Part shown: positions 38,232-45,613 of the stretch, one piece after another
Numbering within the stretch: position 1 is the stretch's first letter
Layout: each line of letters opens with the position of its first letter
DNA from: an uncultured Saprospiraceae bacterium
GTDB lineage: Bacteria; Bacteroidota; Bacteroidia; Chitinophagales; Saprospiraceae
Length of the DNA stretch: 64,000 bases
NCBI GenBank assembly: GCA_938041445.1
Contig: CALISO010000013.1
Coordinates: forward strand, 1,092 to 65,091
Direction of reading: 5' to 3'
Notes under the pieces: generated by a model
Database searches by the model: none
The model's input: the letters and a program-made list of their open reading frames with translations, nothing else
What the model was told of the DNA's origin: nothing
Made by a program: the position numbers and the translations under genes

Positions 38232-38247
38232 ATCCCATGAACATATC
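38232..38247. repeat. 16-mer ATCCCATGAACATATC, copy 2
   Basis: Exact direct repeat of 38044-38059, 2 nt from the 13-bp hairpin. Confidence 0.8.
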
Positions 38248-38422
38248 CGAAAAGCAAGTCTTAAAATATAATTTGAAACCCTTAAAACTTGCCTCGTTAA
38301 TTGTAAAGCTCTTTAGCTTTCTTATTAATTACATTACAAAGTTATACGGGGAAGGGTGATTTGGCAATGACAAAAATTGCCGATTGTAAGATATTTATAT
38401 ACTTAATGTATAATAAACTGAA

Positions 38423-39568
38423 CTAGTGTGGGTTAGACACCAATTGTGGATACAAATAGGTCGTATCCGTCAAAGTATGTAAGAAGGCTAGTAGCGCCTC
38501 CTTGTCGTATTCACTCATATTGAGTGGCCTTATATTCTGATCGAGATTGGGTGCTGGATGACCTCCAGAGTTATAGTGCTCAATTACCTCTTCTAATGTA
38601 GCGAATCGACCATCGTGCATATAAGGGGCGGTGAGTTCTATATTACGTAATGTCGGTGCCTTGAATTTGCCCATATCAATGGGGTATCCTGTAACTCCTC
38701 CCCTACCTAGATCTAGCAAGTTGTCAGGATTAGTTGTATCATCAATACCATTATTGAAGAATAAGTCTCCCATAAATAAGCCACCGTGATGACAGTGACT
38801 GCACTCAGCATCCACTGTATCTTCATCACCTGCATCAACAAATAAGTCAAACCCATGTTGCTCTAGAGGTGTGAGAGCGGCAGTATTAGCATTGATGGCT
38901 CTATCATACTTAGAGTTAGAGCCACTGATCAATATCCGTTCGAATTGTGCAATTGCTTTAGCTGTAAGATCCGCAGTTATTTCATCAGTATTATTGATAC
39001 CAAAGGCCTCTCTGAACATACGCGGATATTCGTCGTGACCCTGTAAGTCACTTATCAACTCAGTAAATGTGTGGTTCAATTCAATGGGATCTTCAATAGG
39101 TAATTTAGCTTGTTCTTCAAGTGTACGTACTCTACCGTCCCAGAATAAGCCTCGATAGTTGTAACCAATATTGATCAAAGACATTGAACTACGTGGACCT
39201 AGTATGCCGTCAACACCTGGACTCACCGCCTCACCATCTGTAAATGCTAGATCAGTCAGGTGACAAGAAGAACAACTCAATGTACTATCGATGGAAAGTA
39301 TAGGATCATAAAACAAGTGCCTTCCCAATTGGATTCCTTCTTCCGTCAGTGGGTTGTCCTCCGGACTGATAAGTGGTAAAAAATCAGGGATACTCGGCAC
39401 CTCGAATGTTGTTGGATCATATGGGATGCTCGTGAGATCAATCGTCTCTCCTCCTCCACCATTAGGTTCCATCACTATTGGATCATTGTTACACCCTATA
39501 CTTACTAGTATAACTGACCCAAGGGCCATCAAGATTAATCGATATGGATTCTTTATTTGCATCAGCAA
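38423..39568 (-). CDS. Di-haem cytochrome c peroxidase family lipoprotein (MauG/MbnH-like)
   Basis: 381 aa. Lipobox SIGC, two haem motifs (CSSCH and CSHCH), and PTLRNIELTAPYMHDG. Confidence 0.9.
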   Translation of the reverse strand: MLMQIKNPYRLILMALGSVILVSIGCNNDPIVMEPNGGGGETIDLTSIPYDPTTFEVPSIPDFLPLISPEDNPLTEEGIQLGRHLFYDPILSIDSTLSCSSCHLTDLAFTDGEAVSPGVDGILGPRSSMSLINIGYNYRGLFWDGRVRTLEEQAKLPIEDPIELNHTFTELISDLQGHDEYPRMFREAFGINNTDEITADLTAKAIAQFERILISGSNSKYDRAINANTAALTPLEQHGFDLFVDAGDEDTVDAECSHCHHGGLFMGDLFFNNGIDDTTNPDNLLDLGRGGVTGYPIDMGKFKAPTLRNIELTAPYMHDGRFATLEEVIEHYNSGGHPAPNLDQNIRPLNMSEYDKEALLAFLHTLTDTTYLYPQLVSNPH

Positions 39569-39571
39569 ACA

Positions 39572-40357
39572 TTACTGCACGGTAACTGCAGTTTCAAAGT
39601 TTTCAGTAATGATGATGAATGGCTCTATATCGTTAGGGTCGTGATTAGTAGGCTTACTTCTGATATCCATAAATCCAGCATCAATTGCAAATAGCTCCTT
39701 ATGATCTAATTCAATGTCAATATCGACTGTTGAGTTTGCGTCAAGCGAACCATTAATCGCAAAAGTAAATGTCCTAAATACCTCATCCTTTCCTGTGTGA
39801 AACAACCACGGCACATTATCACCGACAATATTGGGGTCGGACAAATTACCTTGAAACTTCGCAAATATGTAGCTATCCCAAGCTACCCAATACTGACTTG
39901 AGAAACTTAGAGGACTATCAGGATTGTAATCTGAAGGTTGAGTCTGATTGACTGTTGGGTTAACACCTACAGAGAAAGTGATAGACAAATAATCACCAGA
40001 AGCAACGTTATCAATATTCAGAACAATTGGTTCTTCTGCCAATTCTTCAATGACATTCTTTTCTGTGAAGTTGATAAAGTCAACATCGACCAAATCTGTC
40101 GTTCCACCATTTGAATCCGTCAAATAGACATCAGAAATAAAGAAGTTAGATGTTGTAAAATTGATGATATCATCGCCAGTGTATGCATAATCTCTTAGCA
40201 AAACTAGTGGCTCATCTTCGTAGACTGCGGTGAAATTTAGATTTATTTCACCAGTGTTAGACTGAGATACATCATCATTATCTTCATCATCACAACCTAT
40301 AATAGTGGTACCAATAAGGCATAATAATATGAAAGCAATCCTGTGTAATTTCGGCAT
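39572..40357 (-). CDS. MbnP-like lipoprotein (partner of MbnH-type peroxidases)
   Basis: 261 aa. Lipobox IIGC. Pattern YWVAWDSYIFAKFQG...PWLFHTG resembles the MbnP family. Ends 4 nt upstream of the peroxidase gene start. Family call from memory. Confidence 0.65.
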   Translation of the reverse strand: MPKLHRIAFILLCLIGTTIIGCDDEDNDDVSQSNTGEINLNFTAVYEDEPLVLLRDYAYTGDDIINFTTSNFFISDVYLTDSNGGTTDLVDVDFINFTEKNVIEELAEEPIVLNIDNVASGDYLSITFSVGVNPTVNQTQPSDYNPDSPLSFSSQYWVAWDSYIFAKFQGNLSDPNIVGDNVPWLFHTGKDEVFRTFTFAINGSLDANSTVDIDIELDHKELFAIDAGFMDIRSKPTNHDPNDIEPFIIITENFETAVTVQ

Positions 40358-40423
40358 TTTATAAGGTTTTCTTAGCTAGTTTAGTGATAACATCAATTAA
40401 AACATAGATGTTGTACACAAAAG

Positions 40424-41239
40424 CTATTCAATGGTGATATGGTCTTGTAATGTTTCTGCTAATATATCAGCCGAGACATTTGGATCATTTGTGTCTATTC
40501 CTTCAATGACTTCGTCAAACCAACTGAACAGGTCTACCTTTATCTCTAGAGTAGTGCTGCTCCCCAAATTAAGTTCTATATCGTCAAATACAAATCCATA
40601 TCTCAACGTATCTGATGTTGTTGCTACTAAATGTATTGTATCAATATCCATTGTATCAAGACTGATAGTACAACTCATCCTCGTGAATATATCTGATGCA
40701 TCGATATAAAGGCTGTCAATGGCAAGAGCGATAGTGGTATTATCTCGACCAAATATCGTTGTGTCCTGCCACTCAGAAATCAAACCCTGAGAAAATGCTA
40801 TACTATCTACAGCATAGGGTTCCTCATATTCTGTCAACTGTATTACACTGCCTTGTCCAATACTAAATCCAAAGTCCTCTTCGTAAATAATATTATCGAT
40901 TTCAACTGTATCATTAATTTCTTCTATCTGTACGCCACCTGAACCAAGCTCAAAGTCTAGCAACATCATATTGAGATTCAATAGTGAGTAATAGCGTCCA
41001 GAAGAACTTAGAATGGTATCCCCAAATGCATATGATGTAGAATCATTGATATAATATGCAATATCAGCATTGACCTTTGGTCGTGTACAACAATCGTCAC
41101 ACAAGTCATCTGCTAATATATCATAGTTGGTGGCCCAAGGCTCTACACAACCTTCTACAGGTTGGTAACAGCCAATTGTTGTAACTGTGAGTAGAAATCC
41201 GACTAGGATTGAGATCTTATGATTGCTGCTTAGCTTCAT
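40424..41239 (-). CDS. Hypothetical lipoprotein with Cys-rich N-terminus
   Basis: I prefer start ATG 41239 (MKLSSNHKISILVGFLLTVTTIGC). Contains CYQPVEGCVEPWATNYDILADDLCDDCC. Overlaps the upstream exonuclease stop by 23 nt. Confidence 0.55.
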   Translation of the reverse strand: MKLSSNHKISILVGFLLTVTTIGCYQPVEGCVEPWATNYDILADDLCDDCCTRPKVNADIAYYINDSTSYAFGDTILSSSGRYYSLLNLNMMLLDFELGSGGVQIEEINDTVEIDNIIYEEDFGFSIGQGSVIQLTEYEEPYAVDSIAFSQGLISEWQDTTIFGRDNTTIALAIDSLYIDASDIFTRMSCTISLDTMDIDTIHLVATTSDTLRYGFVFDDIELNLGSSTTLEIKVDLFSWFDEVIEGIDTNDPNVSADILAETLQDHITIE

Positions 41240-42050
41240 ATTCTTTGACAAGCTTTCTGACTATCTGCTTCATCTGGGTTGAGAAATCTTTCTCTAGAAT
41301 CCAATTGAGATATTGCTTGTCTTTAACTAACGTCTCTGCAACTGGTTTTCCTATATACTTGCCGAAATTAAATACAATCACACCATCACTATTGTACTTC
41401 ATCCGCATAGTCACATCGACAGTACGTCTGTCATTGGTGAATTCGCTGAGAGCATTCATATCATTAATGATAGGTGCTGCAGTTCGGAAATTATCTCCAT
41501 CTATATAGTCAACACCATCATACTTTACTAGCTGCCCCCGGAGTACATCAACTGTAGCTTTCACATCAGCTAGAGCATCATGGGCACCTTCTAGTTCTGC
41601 TGCACAGAAGTATCTGTAGGCAGCTGACAATGTCCTTGGTTCCATCTTGTAAAAGATCTTCTGCACATCTATCGTGTTGCGGATAGAGATATCTAGCTCA
41701 AGTCCAATCCTAGCAAATTCTTCCATCAGCATCGGGATATCAAATCTGTCAGAGTTGTAACCTGCTAGATCTGCATTACCAATAAAATGAAAAAGCTGTT
41801 CTCCAACCTTATCGAATGTAGGCTTATTACTGAGCATCTGTGGTGTGATTCCATGCACCGCCATTGCTTCAGCAGAAATAGGCACATGACCAGGGTTGAT
41901 CATCATCTCCAACTCTTCTTCCCTACCGTCTGGAGTGTACTTAATCAATGCAATCTGCACGATACGATCTCTCAGGACGTTGAGTCCAGTCGCTTCTATA
42001 TCAAAGAAGACTACTGCTTTCTTAAGGTTGAATTTGATGTCTTGGTACAT
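41217..42050 (-). CDS. DEDDh 3'-5' exonuclease (DnaQ/epsilon-like) with C-terminal extension
   Basis: 277 aa. ExoI FFDIEATGL, ExoII YNSDRFDIPML, ExoIII HDALADV. Confidence 0.85.
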   Translation of the reverse strand: MYQDIKFNLKKAVVFFDIEATGLNVLRDRIVQIALIKYTPDGREEELEMMINPGHVPISAEAMAVHGITPQMLSNKPTFDKVGEQLFHFIGNADLAGYNSDRFDIPMLMEEFARIGLELDISIRNTIDVQKIFYKMEPRTLSAAYRYFCAAELEGAHDALADVKATVDVLRGQLVKYDGVDYIDGDNFRTAAPIINDMNALSEFTNDRRTVDVTMRMKYNSDGVIVFNFGKYIGKPVAETLVKDKQYLNWILEKDFSTQMKQIVRKLVKEYEAKQQS

Positions 42051-42094
42051 AGGTGTAATTCTGAATTTATATCAATGAAATAATGGTCTTACGC

Positions 42095-42937
42095 TTAGAT
42101 GATGCCCTTCGCTTTTGCTTCTTCTTCTATTCCTTTAAGCTGGACTGGCTTACTACCTCGCAGACGCATATTAAGAAACTCTACAAGTAATGAGAATGCG
42201 ATGGCAAAGTATAGATAACCCTTAGGCACAATACCAATAGGATTACCACCTATCTCCATATGCGCTAGGTGCCCTCCTTCTAAGATTAATGTGAAACCAA
42301 TAAGAATCAAAAATGACATACCAAGCATCTGTATAGTCGGATGCTTATTGACAAATCGACCAACGGGAACTGCAAATAGCATCATAATAATCACAGAGAG
42401 CACAACACCTATAATCATAATAATTAAGGCACCTTCTACTCCGTTAGTCATCCCTACAGCGGTCAAGATCGAGTCAAATGAAAAGACAATATTGATCAAT
42501 GTGATCTGCACGATTACACTGTTGAGACTTGATTTCTTGCTTCCAGTCTCCTCCTCGTGCTCATCTCCCTCTAGCTTATGGTGAATCTCTGTCACAGCCT
42601 TGTAGAGTAGAAATATTCCTCCTAGAATCAAGATGAGACTCTGGCCTGTAAAACCGGCCTTAATTCCAAGGAAGTCAAAGCTAAACAACGCTTTGTTCAT
42701 TCCAATCAACCAAGTAATACCAAACAACAAGGCAACTCTCATTACCATGGCCAATATCAAACCAATATTAGTGGCCTTCTTCTGTTCATTATCAGGCAAC
42801 TTTCCAGCTGCAATAGATATAAATATGATATTATCAACTCCCAAGACGATCTCGAGAAACGTCAATGTCAATAAGCTCAGCCAGACAGCTGAGGACGTGA
42901 AATCGGGGATATCAATGAGAAACATCAAGTCTAACAT
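42095..42937 (-). CDS. TerC-family integral membrane protein
   Basis: WLSLLTLTFLEIVLGVDNIIFISI and a second SFDSILTAVGM motif. The track start at 42985 is GTG. ATG 42937 (MLDLMF) is more likely. Confidence 0.85.
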   Translation of the reverse strand: MLDLMFLIDIPDFTSSAVWLSLLTLTFLEIVLGVDNIIFISIAAGKLPDNEQKKATNIGLILAMVMRVALLFGITWLIGMNKALFSFDFLGIKAGFTGQSLILILGGIFLLYKAVTEIHHKLEGDEHEEETGSKKSSLNSVIVQITLINIVFSFDSILTAVGMTNGVEGALIIMIIGVVLSVIIMMLFAVPVGRFVNKHPTIQMLGMSFLILIGFTLILEGGHLAHMEIGGNPIGIVPKGYLYFAIAFSLLVEFLNMRLRGSKPVQLKGIEEEAKAKGII

Positions 42938-42989
42938 ATGTCTAAAATTTAGCTTGTGTAAAGGTATAAAAGTTGACGAACTCACTGCA

Positions 42990-43002
42990 ATGACAGTGTC
43001 AT
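42990..43002. promoter_or_regulatory. 13-bp perfect palindrome ATGACAGTGTCAT between the ComEA-like stop and the TerC start
   Basis: Read directly. The loop is too short for an RNA hairpin, so it is a candidate dimeric-regulator site. Confidence 0.25.
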
Positions 43003-43017
43003 CTTATTTGAGTGGAA

Positions 43018-44196
43018 TTATTCCTTATCCTCTACCATAAAATACGGCTTAACCTGATCGAATTGCTCTTGACTCCAGACTCCGATCTTCATCACATCAT
43101 CTACTTCTGCAAATGGACCGTGGTTCTTGATATATTTCTGGATGACTTTTGCTCTTTTATAAGTGATATAAGGGTGCTTACCTAACCGATCAAGCGATGC
43201 TTTATTGATATTGATATAATTTATCACCGGGTTGAGAGTTCCGTATGCTTTAAGTGATTCTAATCCTTCAGGAGTGATATAGTACACCTCTGATAATTGA
43301 CTCATACTATGGTAGCCACCTAGAAGTTGCCGGTACTTCACAATACCGTTGGCAACGCCAGTAGAAATGTTGGGCAACTTACGCAGTGTCTCTGCATTGG
43401 CTTGACTGAGATCAATACCTTCGCCTTCCCTTTTAAGTTCTTCAAGCCATTCTTTGTTTTTCTCTTCGTAGCTCTTTGCTATAGCTGCAGACATATCTTC
43501 CTCATTAATGTTGACGTAAGGTTCGATTTGCACATACAAGTCATCGGTGGTACTGTAGAGTTTTTTGATTTCAGCTTTATTGCGAAATGTCCCACCTTTA
43601 TTTCGATAGTTGATGAGATTATTGACCCACTTCTCTGGTAAGAACATTGATTGTAACTCTTCCTTTGAAACTGTGTTTGGGTCAAAGTAGTGGAGTTCAT
43701 ATTGTATGCTTCTAGCTAGATCTGCCACCTTAGAATCTTCGGTGTAATTCTCATCAACTTCCACGTTAACTATTGAATCTTGATACTTCGATTTAGGGAA
43801 GATGTTTTTCGCTGTGTTTAAGTTTTCTTTTTGAATGTCACTTTGATAAGAATATTTTTTGTCTGAGCTTGAGTAGTTTTTGTCAGAGGATTTATTGTAT
43901 GCATTGTTGGATCTAGAATACTTCTTATTTGACTTGTAATTATTCCAGTTGTATTTCTTTCTTTGACTACGCCAGTAACGTTTGTAATTGCGCTGCTCTA
44001 CGATAGCTGTTTCTAAGTCTACAGTCTCTATTACTTTATTTCGATCGTAGGATATACCCCATATATTCCATATCCCTCCAATGAGAATCAATAACAATAT
44101 TGCAAGAAAGGCTATCCGCTGTTTTCGGTCAAATGTGATGGGTTTGAATGTCTCTTTCAATTGAAAGTATATTTGAATTACCTCTTCAAGATACAC
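43018..44196 (-). CDS. ComEA-like helix-hairpin-helix DNA-binding membrane protein
   Basis: 392 aa. One TM helix, a K/N/Y/S low-complexity stretch, and C-terminal HhH repeats (NAETLRKLPNISTGVANGIVKYR; NKASLDRLGKHPYITYKRAKVIQKY). GTG start as called. Confidence 0.7.
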   Translation of the reverse strand: MYLEEVIQIYFQLKETFKPITFDRKQRIAFLAILLLILIGGIWNIWGISYDRNKVIETVDLETAIVEQRNYKRYWRSQRKKYNWNNYKSNKKYSRSNNAYNKSSDKNYSSSDKKYSYQSDIQKENLNTAKNIFPKSKYQDSIVNVEVDENYTEDSKVADLARSIQYELHYFDPNTVSKEELQSMFLPEKWVNNLINYRNKGGTFRNKAEIKKLYSTTDDLYVQIEPYVNINEEDMSAAIAKSYEEKNKEWLEELKREGEGIDLSQANAETLRKLPNISTGVANGIVKYRQLLGGYHSMSQLSEVYYITPEGLESLKAYGTLNPVINYININKASLDRLGKHPYITYKRAKVIQKYIKNHGPFAEVDDVMKIGVWSQEQFDQVKPYFMVEDKE

Positions 44197-44204
44197 ATTT
44201 GAAT

Positions 44205-44241
44205 AAAAAAAGCCGCTATCAACATAAAGTCAATAGCAGCT
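44205..44241 (-). terminator. Rho-independent terminator after lipoprotein paralogue A
   Basis: Minus-strand stem AGCUGCUAU/AUAGCGGCU (one G-U pair) followed by a U-run (the plus-strand A-run at 44205-44210 plus the stem-closing U at 44211). Confidence 0.7.
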
Positions 44242-44269
44242 TATAAATTTTAGAAAGACTTATCCCTTA

Positions 44270-44779
44270 TTACTGTGTAAGTGCTCCTTTATAATATGCA
44301 GTCACAGTTCCGCCGTCAGTCATAGTCAAGTTTACATCAAACTCTGTCTCATTGTCTCCAACATTGACAACAACTGTTCCGCCTGTTGCACTCATTTGAT
44401 AATCAGCTTCATATGTTGCAAGATTAAAGTTTAATCCTGCATCTCCATCAACAATTGTAAACTCATCTCTATCTGCAGACCAATTATATGTTCCGCTAAC
44501 CAATCCATCAGCTGAATTTGTGTTCAAATCAAGGTATACAAATGATCCAGTACCAGTGTAAGCATCAAGATCAAGGTCACCTGAAGTCAAGGTCACATCC
44601 CAATCATAGCTACCATTGCCATTGTCACCAAAAGTTGTAAGAGTTCCTTCTGTCAAAGTAATAGTAGAACCGTTAATCACTGCAGAATTAGATCTAGCAT
44701 CATCTTCATCATCCTTACATGATGTTGTGAGTAAACAAACTCCTAAAAGAAGAATGAAGGGAAATAGTAAATTTTTCAT
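44270..44779 (-). CDS. Lipoprotein of unknown function, paralogue A
   Basis: I prefer ATG 44779 (MKNLLFPFILLLGVCLLTTSCKDDEDD) to the track start at 44854. Shares LDLNTNSADGLVSGTYNWSADRD with paralogue B. Confidence 0.7.
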   Translation of the reverse strand: MKNLLFPFILLLGVCLLTTSCKDDEDDARSNSAVINGSTITLTEGTLTTFGDNGNGSYDWDVTLTSGDLDLDAYTGTGSFVYLDLNTNSADGLVSGTYNWSADRDEFTIVDGDAGLNFNLATYEADYQMSATGGTVVVNVGDNETEFDVNLTMTDGGTVTAYYKGALTQ

Positions 44780-44835
44780 CGTTTTTAAATTTTTTTTAAA
44801 TAGTAATTTCACCTTAAAGGTAGTGAATACAATAA

Positions 44836-44872
44836 AACTAGCTGCTATCAACATAGTTAATAGCAGCTAGTT
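44836..44872 (-). terminator. Perfect 13-bp hairpin AACTAGCTGCTAT-N11-ATAGCAGCTAGTT after lipoprotein paralogue B
   Basis: Read directly. The minus-strand tail UUAUUGUAUU is only moderately U-rich. Confidence 0.5.
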
Positions 44873-44896
44873 AGTTTCATTAAAGGGGTAATACTT

Positions 44897-45412
44897 CTAG
44901 AAAGGTGTTAGCTCTCCTTTGTAGTATGCATTAAGTGTTTCGCCATCCTCCATTGTCAAGGATACATCAAACTCTGTTTCATTGTCTCCTACTGTAATTA
45001 CGACAGTACCCGCAGTTGCCGACATTTCATAATCACTCGTCTCCGTTGCCAAATCATAACCTAAGGTCATTCCTCCATCAACAATTGTAAATACGTCCCT
45101 ATCTGCAGACCAATTGTAAGTACCGCTGACCAATCCATCAGCCGAATTTGTGTTTAAATCCAAATACAGAATAGATCCTGCACCTGAATAATTCACCAAG
45201 TCAAAACCATCTGTAATTAGTGTTATATCCCAATCAAAACTCCCATTGCCATTATCACCATACTCTTCAAGTAAAGCTTGGGTTAATGTTTCTGTTACAC
45301 CATTTACTTGAACCGTGTTAGCTCTAGGACCATCGTCGTCATCATCTTTACAAGATGTAGTTAACAAAGAAACACCTAGAAGAAGAATGAGCGGAAATAA
45401 TAAATTTTTCAT
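44897..45412 (-). CDS. Lipoprotein of unknown function, paralogue B
   Basis: 171 aa, MKNLLFPLILLLGVSLLTTSCKDDDDD. Colinear with paralogue A. Confidence 0.7.
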   Translation of the reverse strand: MKNLLFPLILLLGVSLLTTSCKDDDDDGPRANTVQVNGVTETLTQALLEEYGDNGNGSFDWDITLITDGFDLVNYSGAGSILYLDLNTNSADGLVSGTYNWSADRDVFTIVDGGMTLGYDLATETSDYEMSATAGTVVITVGDNETEFDVSLTMEDGETLNAYYKGELTPF

Positions 45413-45613
45413 TGTTTTTAATTTTTATTTAAATAGTAATTATTCTCAAAGGTAATGATATCAATCAAAACTAAAACAAGCGTATAATTTATTAGCTGTT
45501 ATGCCGAACTGACGGTATTAAAAACTCTTCTCTCAGGTTCTAAATTGAATAACAACTCTATATGGGTGATTTGCATTTGAAATAGCTAGTTAAGATTGTT
45601 AGCAAAGCACACA

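Larger units (their letters stand above)
44205..45470 (-). repeat. Tandem duplication of a whole lipoprotein cassette (leader + CDS + terminator hairpin), two units of about 630 bp
   Basis: The proteins are colinear and about two-thirds identical by eye. The leaders (44780-44835 and 45413-45470) and the terminator hairpins (AGC[C/T]GCTAT...ATAGCAGCT) are also similar. Confidence 0.75.

Noticed and set aside
38024-38250. The repeated 16-mer read as coding (SHEHI in both copies)
   Set aside because: Copy 1 sits in a 34-codon ORF running through a terminator hairpin. The copy 2 frame has no ATG after the preceding stop. A shared peptide is just a consequence of the identical 16-mer.
42938-43017. 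Possible yybP-ykoY (Mn) riboswitch ahead of the TerC-family gene
   Set aside because: Only about 80 nt are available and I could not recognise the conserved four-helix core sequences. The palindrome there is reported separately as a DNA site.
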